Origin: Octopus sinensis
Lineage: Eukaryota
Length of the DNA stretch: 64,000 nt
Assembly (NCBI RefSeq): GCF_006345805.1
Contig: NC_043001.1
Location: 7,812,001-7,876,000, forward strand
Direction of reading: 5' to 3'
Shown: piece after piece, positions 1 to 14,771 of the stretch
How the letters are laid out: the number at the start of each line of letters is the position of its first letter
Position numbering within the stretch: position 1 is the first letter of the stretch
Position numbers and translations under genes: made by a program
Notes under the pieces: model-generated
Database searches by the model: none
What the model saw: the letters and a program-made list of their open reading frames with translations, nothing else
What the model was told of the DNA's origin: nothing

Positions 1-261
1 TTACATAACCCTATTCATCATTTACTATAGATAGAACGAATATTTATCACCTGGATAAAATAATCATATTGATTTCATTATGCTTTTACAGACATTTATT
101 TTCACCAAGTTTTGGCGAGACATTCATTTAGCATATATATGCAAATATTTCTTTACATAAAACATGCACATTCACACACACAGATGCACAAACACACGCA
201 CACTCACATACACAGATAGGTATTTACATATATACACCAACACACCCACATCCACATATAT

Positions 262-468
262 CTATTTCTTTACTACCCACAAGAGGCTAAACACAGAGAG
301 GACAAACAAGGACAGACACATGGATTAAGTCATTTACATCGACCAGTGCGTAACTAGTACTTAATTTATCGACCCCGAAAGGATGAAAGGCAAAGTCGAG
401 CTCGGCGGAATTTGAACTCAGAACGTAACGGCAGACGAAATACGGCTACGCATTTCGCCCGGCGTGCT
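262..468 (-). mobile_element. tRNA-derived SINE, family A (body plus tail 1, head partly truncated)
   Basis: Reverse complement matches the copies at 25004, 30765 and 33587: gcacgccgggcgaaatgc...gttctgagttcaaattccgccgag...gtgggtagtaaagaaatag. Confidence 0.85.
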
Positions 469-2377
469 TTTCTTATTTTTTATTACCCACAAGACGCTAA
501 ACATTAATTAATCTCTAACATCCACATATATCAAGTATGCGCATAAATTGTATATGTATGTAAAAAAAGTAACAGAAAATGAGCAAATCGTCTTCATTCT
601 TAAGCTAAGAATATCAATGCAGATTCAAATTTAAATGACTGATGACGTATGCTTTACAAATCAAAACATCTAGCACTTTAGTGCAACGAATCATAACTAA
701 TTCACGCTTTTAGCAAAGAAAATTAAGTCTTCCCGTATTAAGAAAATTAAGCCTAACCCATGCTGCCAAAATACTAAGTGCCAGTCACGATATACCAGTG
801 ATGTACATCCATGAATTGAATAACCTTTCTGTAGATATAAAACTATACAGGTTTATGCTTATTTCAAACCGATATTTTGCTCACCAGTAGACTTTAAAAT
901 TCTGACATTATCCGGTGTACGTTTAAACTATCTAACACCTACTATAATGTTCTTTTTTTAAATAAGTTAGGTGGCTTGTTCAAATAATGAGGATTGATAT
1001 TTCTATCTGGTTTTACAACTTAGATGTTCACTCTTTGGCAGGATTTACTTTATGCTGACCTATAAAAAAAAAATTCAAAGCAACATTTTGCAAATATTTT
1101 AATCGAATTGCCCATCCAGTTTTGTTTTGGTTTTGGTAGAATCTTTACAACTATATCTCATATTTTATTATATTTTATGGGCATCTTATGATATATGACT
1201 TATGATATATTTATTACGAAATATTTATTCATATATGTTTTTAATATTTGTCTCGTGTGTTTTATTGTAGTTAAACACTCTTCCCTTAGGTAAAAACAAT
1301 TTTTTTCTCATTTCCTTTAAACTGCAATCGAGATTTTTACATTAAAAGGTTTTCGAAAGAGAAAACGAGGAAAACAAGATACAGATTCCTATGGTTATTT
1401 CCTAAACTCATAAATGTAAATGTGATTTCTAGCTTTGGGAAAATTTAATATGTGTTCTTTTTATGCCTCTTTAATATCGGTTTTATTGCAATTTCCCCCA
1501 AATGTGTTTTATTTGAATTATTATTATTATTATCATCATTATCATTATTTTCAAAACTGTCTTTTTTTTTCTCTGTTTATAACGATTAAACCTTATCCTG
1601 TGATACCGCATAAATTCTAATATCGAATATAGCATCTTCCCTTTTATTATTGCTTTGCATATCAGAAATTGTTATTCAGAAACTACATTTGACTCTTGTT
1701 TTTCAAACTGACGTTACATATCATTTCAATTTCATTTTGTGAAATAGCATATCTTCCAATCCCTGTAAAACAGTACTTAAATAAATTTGTAAGCTAAATA
1801 GGAAACATTGTTTCATATGTAGAAAATTACGAGTGTTTTATTACATTTCTCTTTTCTATACATTACACTCAATGTCATCATAATCAACAATAATTTATAT
1901 TTTCATACTTTAGTATCCATGGTGGATTTTAGTTGACCTAACCATGATAAAATCGAGAAACGAAAAATTGTGTAGATATGGACACTAGGCCTTATGAACA
2001 AAGAGAACACAGATTCAGAGCGAAATATTGCTAGATAAGTATAACGTTATTGAACTGTTTCTAGAACTACAGTATGTTAAAGCACAACTATAACGAGAAA
2101 AATAATTGTACTTTAATGGAACATTAGAGGGAGAGAGATGGGGAGAGAGGGAGAGAGGAAGATAGTGACAAAAAGAGAGAGAAACAGACAGATTACGAGT
2201 TATTTGTGTAGGGAATTGTCTGCCAAACTTTTGTAGCTTACGTCACACTGGGCGAGGAGAATATATTTTGCTCAACACTCAATACAAATCCCAACAAAAT
2301 TGAATATATCTCATTAGTATGAATAAAAATAAATTGTTGTCATAGTAACAATAAGATAACATTGTTTTATGAACATA

Positions 2378-2422
<45 letters not shown>

Positions 2423-2427
2423 TAACC

Positions 2428-2792
2428 GTGGCACTCCGTCAGTTACGACGAGGGTTCCGATCAACGGAACAACCTGCTCGTGAAATTAACGTGCGAGTGG
2501 CTGAGCACACCACATACACGGGTACCACTTAATTTAGTTCCCGGGGACATTCAGCGTGACTCAGTGTGTGACAACGCTGACCCTATGAAATACATTTACA
2601 ACGGAAACAGGAAGAAATACCGAGAAAAAGTTGTGGTAAAAAGGATAGCAGGTTTCGCCCCCCCCTACCGGAACCTTGTGAAGCTTTAAGTGTTTTCACT
2701 AAATAAACATTCACAATGTCCAATCTGGGAATCGAAACTGCGGTCCCGCGACCGCGTGTTCACTGCTCCAACCACTGGGCCTTGCGCCTCCT
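2428..2792 (-). mobile_element. tRNA-derived SINE, head B plus tail X
   Basis: Minus strand starts gaggcgcaaggcccagtggttggagc (A box) and carries gtttcgattccc (B box). The 3' half is shared with the SINE at 50210. Confidence 0.8.
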
Positions 2793-2844
2793 CATATAGG
2801 TAACATAATACAATAATAATATTTAAGAGAGGAGGAATTATGTA

Positions 2845-3000
2845 CATTATTTACCTTATTTATATTCGACGGATAGTTGTCCTCATCTTGTTTGTTGTTA
2901 ACACAGCGTTTCGGCTGATATACACCCCAGTCTTCATCAGGTGTCTTGGGGAAAATTTCGAACTTTGGTTCTCATTCCTGAGGTATTTTTCGATTCGAGG
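2845..3000 (-). mobile_element. Penelope pLTR-like mini-element with hammerhead (left arm of an inverted pair)
   Basis: Reverse complement aligns to 3615-3745 and contains acac-CTGATGA-a-gactg..cagcc-GAAAC-gct-gtgt. Confidence 0.7.
2901..2944 (-). ncRNA. Minimal type I hammerhead ribozyme, mutated
   Basis: Stem I acac/gtgt, core CUGAUGA, stem II gacug/cagcc with one mismatch, then GAAAC. The cleavage triplet reads GCU instead of GUH. Confidence 0.65.
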
Positions 3001-3018
3001 CAGTGAACAGAATAATGA

Positions 3019-3025
3019 TACTACA

Positions 3026-3098
<73 letters not shown>

Positions 3099-3109
3099 AC
3101 AACAACAAC

Positions 3110-3158
<49 letters not shown>
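3019..3158. repeat. Compound microsatellite (CTA)n-(CAA)n-(TAA)n
   Basis: Directly visible. Confidence 0.97.
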
Positions 3159-3159
<1 letters not shown>

Positions 3160-3592
3160 GAGAAATTAAGGCCAACAGACCAGATATAGTTGTCAGAGAT
3201 CACGAAGAAAAAAAATGCTTTCTAATTGATGTATCAATACCGGCAGATGACAACGTGTCTCTAAAAGAAATGGAGAAACTCTCAAAATACAAAGACCTGG
3301 AAATAGAGGTAACTAGAATGTGGAATCTGAAAACAGAAACAATTCCTATCATAGTAGGTTCATTAGGCATGATAAAAAATATTCAGACAAATACATAACA
3401 GAAACACCAGGACTTACAAACACATATAACATACAGAAAATTGCACTACTAGGCACTGCACACATCCTACGCAGAACACTTTCCATACAATAACCATCAG
3501 AGCATCACAACAAATCACAGCACATACCCAAGGCACACAGAGCTGCGCTCGGTAGTGAAGTGAAAGCACGCTATAAAAATAAAACTACTGGA
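3159..3592 (+). mobile_element. 5'-truncated R4/Dong-like non-LTR retrotransposon (REL endonuclease plus 3' UTR)
   Basis: Translates to RPDIVVRD..CFLIDVSIP..EKLSKYKDL..IPIIVGSLG and, after one frameshift, QKIALLGTAHILRRTL*. Flanked by (TAA)n on both sides, the known Dong-type target. Confidence 0.85.
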
Positions 3593-3614
3593 TAATAATA
3601 ATAATAATAGTAAT

Positions 3615-3745
3615 AACATCGAAAGATACCTTAGGAATGAGAACCCAGGCTCCAAATTTCCCCAGGACACCTGAAACATTGTGTTAACAACAAAAAAGAC
3701 GAGGAGAAATATCCGTCGAATGTAAACAATATAAATTGTAATGTT
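3615..3745 (+). mobile_element. Right arm of the inverted pLTR-like pair, hammerhead core deleted
   Basis: Inverted copy of 2845-3000. It reads ggacacctgaaacattgtg where the other arm has ctgatga...ccgaaac. Confidence 0.7.
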
Positions 3746-4307
3746 TTAAGTGAGGAGGATGCAACTGATTTTGAGAAAGAATTCTCTCAAAAGACGGCTC
3801 AAAATTAGATAAATAAATATGTAACGTATCATTATTGTCCGGGATTTCGTTTGCCTATGTACGAGTAAAAGATACGGTGTGATTTTTTTTCCCGTGTGGA
3901 ATGTCTGCATGTGTAAGTCGATTATTCGAAGTATAACACAGTTTTAGACCAATGCAATGTTGTAATAAAATTGAGTCATTTCATCCTTTGTCGGTCTCCA
4001 CAGTTGATTTTGGAACTGGGTGTTATTATACTATGATGTTACAATAGAAATATAGTGAATGTGACACACTTTAACAACTGCTTTTCCTGCGTCGAGTAAT
4101 GGCGTCTTCATTTTCTATTTTATTGATCATGAAATGATCCATGGAATGGTTGGCCTCGATGGCAATTGAAATGAAAATCATGATAACAATCCGGTATATG
4201 ACTGTTAAAAATTGAATTCATCAACTATGTGTGTGTGTGTGTGTGTGTGTGTGTTATATGTCCGAATTTATATAATATATAATGGTTTCTTCGTGCTTGG
4301 AAATAGG

Positions 4308-4783
4308 TACCGCAATCCCTTGATTATCGCGGGTGTATGTTCCAAAACACGCAGCAATATTCGAAAATCCGCGAAGTAGAGACAGTACTGTACAGTATAT
4401 TTTTTTATCACTTTTGTAATTTGTATATATTTATTTTAGCACAACACACTCGCCTTCAGAGCTTCGTTTCCATACAGTATGTGCGGATCTTTGTTTACTC
4501 ATCTACTGTACACTACGTATTATATTTTAATATATTTTAATTAACGTGTTATACAGTGCGGTTGTGTTCTGAATTTCTATTTATTGACTTAATTTTTTAC
4601 CTAAAAATGCGTATTTTACCACAGAAATGAATAAAATCTAAAACAATATAAATACCTATCGGCCACAGAAACCCGCGATATACTGAGGAGTCCGCGATAT
4701 AAATTTACATATACTAGCCAGAGAAATCCGCGAAGTAGTGAGGGCGCGGTACGTAAACCGATATATGGCGAGTGATTACTGTA
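4308..4783. mobile_element. Tigger/pogo-like non-autonomous DNA transposon (MITE)
   Basis: Imperfect terminal inverted repeats (taccgcaatcccttgattatcgcgg / ccgatatatggcgagtgattactgta) with TA at the ends, and a repeated internal ccgcga motif. Confidence 0.5.
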
Positions 4784-4799
4784 ACTACTGTTCAACAAT

Positions 4800-5076
4800 C
4801 CTCTTTTAACATTTATTTCCTTTAGTCACTTGACTGCGACCATGCTGGAGCAACACCATGAACGGTTTTAGTGGAACAAATTGGCCCCATAACTTATTAT
4901 TTTTCTAAGCACAGTACTTAATTAATCAGTCACTTTTGACGAACCGTTAATTGTAGGAATTTAAACATGCCAAAACCTGTTGTCAAGCAATGGTAGGGAA
5001 CAAGTACTGAGAAAAAGGTACACATATATATACACACACACTCATGCACAAACACACAGACACTCGCATATATACG

Positions 5077-5139
<63 letters not shown>

Positions 5140-5275
5140 TATAGGCCTCTTTCAGTTTCCGTCAAACAAATGCTGTCAGAGCCGTTTGGTGGACTCAAGA
5201 CTATAATAGAAGACACATTTCCAAGCTGCTGCGCAGTTGGACTGAACTTGTCACCATGTGCTTGATAAGCACACA
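4800..5275 (-). mobile_element. SINE family B with internal microsatellite, diverged copy
   Basis: Aligns to 13228-13669: gtcacttgactgcgaccatgctggagc...(TA)n...tctttcagtttccgtc...actgaac. Confidence 0.75.
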
Positions 5276-6049
5276 TCAAGGCAGAAACAAGCATTATTCG
5301 GGATTGGTGTGAATATAAAGAATAATTTAACCTAATAAATCTTAATCTTTATATGGAAAATTATTTCGGGATACGCAGGATTATAATTATTATTTGAATA
5401 CGCGTATTTCAGAAAACGGTTATAGGGAAATAATAGCTAATTATGCGTTCGATTTAGCAAAATTATAAAACTTTGAACATAATAAAATTTAATAACATAC
5501 ATCCATAGAAATATAACATACGTTTCTTTTTCGCTAAATCGTTTGGCTCTAGGCTACAGGATTGCATACGTTCAAATAAATTCTCTCAATGAAGTTTTCA
5601 TTAAATAAAAACAATTATCATCTATATTGGAGTTCATATTTATTAATTATTTTGGAGTTGATCACCGAGTGAGGGAATTTAAAATGGCATTTTTTTTTCA
5701 TTTCGACCGCAAATAATAATCGAACCCGCGGAAATATCTACAGAAATGCGAACAGAGTTTATAAACTTAGTTCAATGCAAATATTGCCGGTGGACAAAGA
5801 CATGTTATTAAAAACGTATTAAGTGTCCTTGTAAGAAGCAAAAAAATCTTACCACAATTGTTCGGAACAATTCAATATTCTCTAATGCCTGGAAATTGAC
5901 TCTGTCTCTAAATATGTTTACTGAAAAACTGGAATATTTTCATTGTAAATACAAACTAAACTGAATACCTCTGTTATTTGTTTAACTCTACTGCATACGG
6001 ATCCAGACGAGCCAATTAGTCGCCAGATATATCCATACATATAAATATA

Positions 6050-6111
<62 letters not shown>

Positions 6112-6149
6112 ATATATATTATATATGTATATCATACAGACACACAGAG

Positions 6150-6380
<231 letters not shown>

Positions 6381-7319
6381 TGCATATACATACCTCTGGT
6401 TCTTCATTTCTTGAAATACACAGGCGCACAGACATAGATACTCTTATACCAAAACACCCACACAATTTGGTATTTCCACATGAAGCAATATTAAATTATT
6501 AGGCCATCACTATTTCATACTTAACTTCTATATAAACACTTGACAGGCTGAGAGAAAATCTTTTCATAGACCAGTCATTAATTTTTGCTATTCAAGTTCA
6601 AGTTTCGCTGTTTCACGTACACTAGATTTAATGAGGTGGCGTTGGGAATACCGACAAATACAACAACTGCAGATTTTACAGTTGAACTCTGAAACTTTTC
6701 AGTTTATGACCAATTTCCTCGGTGTGTGTGGAACGGCAAACGGACAACACCAGATGAACTTTAGTTAAAATATAATTAATAACTGCTGCAACCATAATAA
6801 ATAAGTGTTTATGGAGGTGCAAAGAACTGAGAATATTACATGATTTTTTAGTGAATGTGTCAATTGTGACACTACGCCTGATAATAAAAGATATGACGCT
6901 ATCCTTTCGTTGCTTGTAGTTTTTGAAATTATTCCACCTCGAGTCCCACAAAAATACACACAGGCTCTTCATCTGGGATTGTGTGAAATTTCGTCTTCTA
7001 TTCTCAGAGAAATATGGGAAACCGAAGTCGATCACTTCAAAAGGAAGAATCTACGGGAACAGTAGTTAGTGATTGTTAGGATCTCAATATCTTGTCACGA
7101 TACTAATAGTAACGTATATGCATTAACAAGGATGTAAATATTGTGACATACAAACAAGCAAATAAACTGTTTTATAGAAATATTAACTGTTATATATTTA
7201 TTGACAAAGTAGCTTTCGGAGATCACAGGAAAGCCCAATGTCATTTTCTGTGAATCTTTAATAAATGCCCTTGTTTCTTTATATATATATATATGTGATC
7301 TCTTGAGCATGTGATCACT

Positions 7320-7703
<384 letters not shown>

Positions 7704-7835
7704 TATGAATAGGATTGTCTTCTTGGTGTATAGCATTTAATTTTGGAGTTATTTTCTGACGGCACTGTGACATTTCTCTCAGGTGGCACTGTAATTGTAT
7801 AGACAGCTCCTTTGCCAATATAAACAGTTCTTTCA

Positions 7836-8240
7836 AGGCAGCGAGCTGGCAGAAACGTTAGCTCGCCGGGTGAAATGCTTAGCAGCATTTCGTCTGCCGT
7901 TACGTTCTGAGTTCAAATCCTGCCGAGGTCGCCTCGCCTTTGACTTTCATCCTTTCGGGGTCGATAAATTAAGTACCAGTTACGCACTGAGGTCGATGTA
8001 ATCCACTTAATCTATTTGTCTGTCCTTGGTTGTCCTCTCTCTGTGTTTAGCCCCTTGTGGGTAGTAAAGAAATAGGTATTTCGTCTGCCGTTACGTTCTG
8101 AGTTCGAATTATACCGAGGTCGACTTTGCCTTTCATCCTTTAGGGGACGATAAATCAAGTACCAGTTGCCTACTGGGGTCGATATAATCGACTCGCCCTC
8201 TCCGCCCAAATTTCGGGCCTTGTGCCAAGAGTAGAAACGA
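7836..8240 (+). mobile_element. Dimeric SINE family A
   Basis: The body repeats from ggtatttcgtctgcc. An 18-bp TSD with 2 mismatches flanks it (7817-7834 and 8240-8257). Confidence 0.85.
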
Positions 8241-8811
8241 ATACATACAGTTCTTTCGTTTCTCCTCATCAATTAAATTTTCTCTGCATCAGCGGCGGAA
8301 AATCAAGAAAGCGGACATAGTAATATGGTAAATATCTGCATAATCAAATAAAGCGAGATTGTGTTGTACACATGCACATATCGTGTTCATACTTCTCTTT
8401 CCGGTTCCTACTCAAAACTGTTTTCAAATCACAACCACTTCATGGACCCCTTCTCGCGAGGAGCGCTTCATTCTCCGATGGTTGTGAATATATATATATA
8501 TATATATATATAACGTGACTAAGTTCATCCTAGCAGAGTCTCATATGAATGCTAGATGCATTTAGCTCTTCTACGGGTTTGTCAAAAAGATTTTCATTAT
8601 AGACATATACCTAGACTTCACCCAACAGCGCAGTATGTATCGAATTTTGAATAGTACATTTTTCTCGTAATAACACACCCAGTTGGAATCAGTCTGGCCT
8701 TCGCCTGGATGCTGTGACAATGTGCGTCACGCTCCGGTATCTAAACAGTGTTATTAACATGCATCTCCGAAAATATACGCATGTGAAGATGCACACACGG
8801 AAATACATAAT

Positions 8812-9206
8812 TTTACTTGCTTCAGTCATTTACACTGCAGATGTGTTGGGGCAATGTTTTGAAGAATTTTAGTTGACAGATTCGGTGGATACAGCAATTT
8901 TTGAAGCCTGATAATTATTCCATCTCTTTCTTACCTTTTGTTGAACCGTTAGAATACGTGTCTGCTAGCACACAGACACTTGTTGTCAAGTGGCGGTAGG
9001 GGACAAACACAGACACAATATTTTTCATCCTCTCTCTGCTTTTCTTTTCTCTTATTCCTGTCTGTTGATGAGCGGATGGTCCAAACGTAAAAGACTTTAC
9101 CACTTTCCCGAGCGTCAAAATAATACACCTGCTTGTTGTTCATTCACTTGTCTATATACACTACGGCATTTCGTTTTCCGTCAAGCAAATCCACTCACAT
9201 ACACAA

Positions 9207-9238
<32 letters not shown>

Positions 9239-9310
9239 TTTTCATTTATTTGTATTAAAAAAAACACACAAATTTCCACACGAAAGCACATGATCTCTGC
9301 CCTTGGCATG
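8812..9310 (-). mobile_element. Degenerate SINE family B
   Basis: ttttacttgcttcagtcatt...ttgtcaagtggcggtaggggacaaacacagac...ttttccgtcaagcaaatccactcac. Confidence 0.55.
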
Positions 9311-9405
9311 TAGCTTCAACCGTGTTTTTCTGACGTGAATTTGCTACCCAGGTATCGGTTAAACCGAATTATCCATACTAGGATAATTTATTCAACTACT
9401 TTTAT
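9295..9405 (+). repeat. Dispersed repeat, also present at 28190-28290
   Basis: Shared sequence gcttcaaccgtgttttctgacgtgaatttgctacccaggt.tcggttaaac...aggataatt; both copies end in (TA)n. Confidence 0.7.
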
Positions 9406-9435
9406 ATATATATATATATACATATAAATATATAT

Positions 9436-9555
<120 letters not shown>

Positions 9556-9865
9556 CATATACATATACATATACATATATATAACTGTATAAATGAGAAA
9601 AAAGTCCAAGGCTGTGAAAGATTTCAGAACATTTATAAATAGAAGGTCTTAAAGCCGGGATATTTTATATATCACTTCATCTGAGACTCTGTGAGAAAAT
9701 GGTTAAGAAATAGTTATTCTAGATAAGATATGAAATAGAGAGTGAAATGGGGGAATGAAAATAGACGTGAGGTATGCAGGGATATTGCATCTTCACTTCC
9801 ATTATTTAGACAGAATGGAATACATATAAGATTCCAGTACCTTGTAAGTTCCAATTGTATGTATG

Positions 9866-9913
<48 letters not shown>

Positions 9914-11109
9914 AAATTTGTTACTGCTAGAACTAAATTATTGCATTAGTCACTACGTGCTTTTGACAATTAAGATTTCAGTGATTCCTGCATTGGATAG
10001 ACGAAATGCAGGTTAAGCATCCGCGTGCACTCGGAACATGGAATGGAAGGTAACGATGCAGTAACGCACGTAAGAACTAAGGCTATAATCTTGAGTTTAT
10101 TGTAATTTATACAACCTTTGCTCTGTATTTCATTACTAGTAATGCTAGGTTTCTCTACTTGCTTAAACACTAAACTAGAAGCAAAGTCTCTTATGATAAT
10201 CTACCTGGAGATATACATTTAATAATGACAGCTGTACTTGTATAAATCATTTGAATTTAGAATTTTAAAAATTGTATGTTTGAAGTTTTGTTTGGTTCCA
10301 TTTGGTCTGTTACCATTTCTCTTTATACCTTTATCGATATTAATATTACACTACTTGGAGATTTTACTTAAAAGAAAATTTCTATAATTTATTAAAATGC
10401 ATCGATATTATCTAGATTGAAAATATTAAGGATGTATAATATAATTGCTTCGCTGTCAGAAATTATGTCAAGAAAACCGAAAAATAATAAAATATTGTGT
10501 CCGGAGTGCTAGAAAATTATGAAGTGTATACGATCTGAGATTTAATATATTGATTATCGTTAACTTCATAACACAAACACATGGTTTAAAGGATTTATAA
10601 TATATGTTCTCTCAGACAATAATTTGATGCTACGCATGTTATTTTCTACAGGGCTTTAAATTCTTTCAATAGCGATATAACTTCGACATATTAAGAGTCG
10701 AATTATTGATATATATAAATATGAATTATAGATAAAGTAAATGTACTACAAGGAACTAATCATAAAAAAGCAAGATATTTGTTATGTGCTTGGTATCCAG
10801 TGCTATAATCCCCGAATTGAAATTCTAAAGTGACTCAGAATCATTTAATTATGTGATTATAGTAACGGAATTCTCTATCCAATTGATTATAAAGAAAGCC
10901 ACAAATAGCGATTAAATGACCGCAATTACAAGCAAGGTTCAAACATCCAATTTATCAATGTCTTTTGGCATTTATTACATTCTTACTATATTTCTTAAAC
11001 AAGAGTTACTATAGTTCGGGAATTCAATATAAAATGGCTGTCCTTACAAATCTAAGCTTAATTGAAGATAGGGCTGAACCGTCAAATATTATTGGTCATA
11101 AATGTACAC

Positions 11110-11155
<46 letters not shown>

Positions 11156-11253
11156 GTTATATGTAGTATGTATATATATATATGTGTATGTGTATACATA
11201 TATATATTTATAAATATTTATTTATATAGTTATGCGTGTATGTATATGCATAT

Positions 11254-11310
<57 letters not shown>

Positions 11311-11325
11311 GTATGTATACATATA

Positions 11326-11367
<42 letters not shown>

Positions 11368-11654
11368 CATATATATATATATATATATGTATGCGTGGAT
11401 GTCTGTTTGTATGTATGTACGTATATATGAAACATGTATGTATGCATGTATATACACATGCGCACGTACATGCGAACACACGCAGGTGTATAATTTTTAT
11501 TTGTATTGAAAATGAAACATCTATTGTAATAATGTTCTCTGCGATGGAATATATATTTATGTGGAAATATACTTTAAGTGACTGACTGAATGTGTGTGTG
11601 AGTGTGCATGCGCGTGCGTAAGGCAACATCAGCTCAAGCACTGAAATGTGGATG

Positions 11655-12480
11655 TGATATAACTCGACTTGCCAATACCTTTGGTAATGTTGGTCACGGT
11701 AGGATATGTCTCAAACCGCATGGCCTCGGCATCGCTGGTAACGTAGGAGAGTGGATGCATGGATTTCTAATAGGCAGAAAGGTGAGAGTTGCACTCAACG
11801 GTCTTCTGTCCGAGGAAACATGAATCTGTAGCAGAGTGTCTGTTGGAACTATACAAGGACCACTACTGCTTTTGATGGCTCTCTCAGGAATGCCCTCAGG
11901 CACACAATCAACCTCTCTCACCAGTTTCCCTGATGATACTAAAGTGTCAGAGTGCTCAAGGACCTTAACGACATGCCACAAATGTAAGAGTACCAGCTCA
12001 AAATATAGAAATAGGAGGAAAATATGATGTAGTTCAATGTGGAGCAGGTTCAAGCACTCCGTTATCAACCCCCCCTGAAATGATTCAAACAAGGAAAAAT
12101 AGTTACTAGGCTATTCTTATGTAGAATTTTACTGCTCAGTCGTTTGTATTTCTGCTCCCAATTCTTGATGTCGAAGAGCGTCAAACTGGTGCCAGAAGTT
12201 GAGTCAATCCAGCGCCACAGCACAAAGAAGATTGACCTATTGAAACAGGGGAACTAGTGGAAGAGTTTAAAAAACCTGAAGGTTAATATTCTGGACTGAA
12301 GGCGTGAAAAATATGCAATAATCTATATACGGATGGTCCTGGAATGACTTGCTCCCAACTTTGGAATTGAAAGTTACGCAAACCACCAAACTAGACGGAA
12401 CTACATGAAACCAAAGATCTCATTTTCTCGATTTCGCATCACATGCTACTCTGCCAGCTTGGTTTTCAGGTTTCACTAAT
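11655..12480 (+). mobile_element. Degenerate CR1-like LINE, RT 3' region
   Basis: [36 protein letters not shown] and GTIQGPLLLLMALS..FPDDTKV correspond to decayed RT motifs (AFDKVDH, PQG..LGPLLF, YADDTK). Confidence 0.8.
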
Positions 12481-12657
12481 ATTCAACATTCGACCGCACA
12501 GCCGTAAGAATGTTCAAGGTGTAAATGTGGAAGCCTGCAAAGAGCCTCTGGATATATTTCTATGAGAAATATAAGACTAAACCACATTACGGCAGGAGGC
12601 GGATAGTAGCAGTAAAATATAAACCCAAACACATTGAGAGTCAGTGCTGCAGCATAT

Positions 12658-12727
<70 letters not shown>

Positions 12728-12795
12728 ATAAATATATATATATATAATATATATATATATGTATGTATATATATATATACATACATACATACATA

Positions 12796-12877
<82 letters not shown>

Positions 12878-12886
12878 CATACATAC

Positions 12887-12932
<46 letters not shown>

Positions 12933-13227
12933 ACAGAGGCAGAGCGAGAGAGAGAGAGAGAGAGGGAGAGAGAGAGTAATCTCGGAAGATAGCTACTTAG
13001 ATCGATAAACTTTAGTATGGATGTGTGTTTCTAAATATCCATCATGCTTTTACACACACACACTCACATATATAGTCTGGGTTTTTACCATTCTAGCCTT
13101 GTGAGCAAATCATGCCTATATGTTTATGGTTAGGAGATGATATGCCGCTACCTTTATGGGATGTAGTAATGTTTATTCAGCATTTGCCTTCTAGTATCAG
13201 CATAAAATACTCTTCAGCAATTAATTT

Positions 13228-13452
13228 TTACTTTATACTCTTTTACTCTTTTACTCTTTTACTTGTTTCAGTCATTTGACTGCGGCCATGCTGGAGCACC
13301 GCCTTTAGTCGATCAAATCGACCCCGGGACTTATTCTTTGTAAGCCCAGTACTTATTATATCGGTCACTTTTGCCGAACCGCTAAGTGACGGGGATGTAA
13401 ACACACCAACATCGGTTGTTAAGCAATGCTAGGGAGACAAACACACGCACAT

Positions 13453-13503
<51 letters not shown>

Positions 13504-13669
13504 TACGACAGGCTTCTTTCAGTTTCCGTCTACCAAATCCACTCACAAGGCATTGGTTGGCCCGGGGCTATAGCAGAAGACACTTGCCCAAGATGCAACG
13601 CAGTTGGACAGAACCCAGAACCATGTGGTTGGTTAGCAAGCTACTTATCACACAGCCACTCCTGCGCCT
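13228..13669 (-). mobile_element. SINE family B, full length
   Basis: Minus-strand head aggcgcaggagtggctgtgtgataagtagc, a ttgggcaagtgtctt CORE-like block, an internal (TA)/(CA) array and an (AAGAGTA)n tail. Confidence 0.9.
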
Positions 13670-14771
13670 ATGAACGCCTTATTAAACGAATTGTTTCTTT
13701 TTTTCGTCTACAATTGTCAACGATACACCCCGCTAAAAAAAAACATTGGGCAAGTGTTACATTTGATGCGATTGTAAGAGTTCTAACACTTATCTACGCA
13801 TCTCTATTGACCAACACCATTAAATACTTTCTACATTTTGATCTTATATCTGTTATCTTTATTTATTTCCTCTTCTTTCTGCATTTACAACTGGCATATT
13901 TTCTCTGTTATATTCTTTCCGTCTTATATTTTCTTCTTCCACTACTATTACTACTACGACTACTACAACTACTTTTACACTCTGCATTCTCTTCTTTACG
14001 TTCTTTATTTTCATTCTCATTCAATTTTCTTATTTTCGTCTTATCGTATATTCCGTATTTTCACCTCCACAAATATTCCAGCTCAAATTGGAAAACAATA
14101 TAAGCCCTCTATTCAATATCAGTTTAATTCGTATCCCACTACTTCTATTGACACCGAACACTTCGTCTTTATTATTCTTCCCCTTCGTGACCGATCCAAA
14201 CATATAAACAGTGACTACAACGAAGATAAAAACAAAAGAGGATGAGAATGAACGCTGGCAAAACTTTGATGTCAACGTTAAATTTTCCCTTTAAAAATAA
14301 ACATCAGATATTTTCTTTATACATTTTGTTTGTTTTGCAGTCGATATTTGATTGCCTTCATATAAGATTCTTTAGGAATGGCACGCATACTCACATAATC
14401 TACTTTATAGTCAGCGATCGAAGTATTTCTTTGCAAATCTCCCATTCTACTTACTACTTTTATTTCTTACATTGTTTTATGTCTCCCCTGTTTGGCCTGC
14501 TTCGCTAATTAAAGTGACCTTTCTTAGACCTTTCCTATAGGACTAACAGCACGCAAACACTGATAGGTGCACGTGACCTTGTTTTCCAGTTTCCGTGTTC
14601 AACATTCTCAACTCAATCTTTGACCGTCATGTGATTCAAATGTTTTACTTTATTTTTTGGTTTATATGCTTGTTTTCTACTTGTTTGTTTTCTTCTCTAG
14701 CATCGAGTTTTCTTCAACTCAAATCATGTAATTTTACTGATGCTTTATAAAAGGGTTGCTGTATATAAACA

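Noticed and set aside
3003-3158. N-terminal poly-L/T/I part of the 131-aa ORF
   Set aside because: Microsatellite read in frame with the truncated Dong fragment; not a signal peptide.
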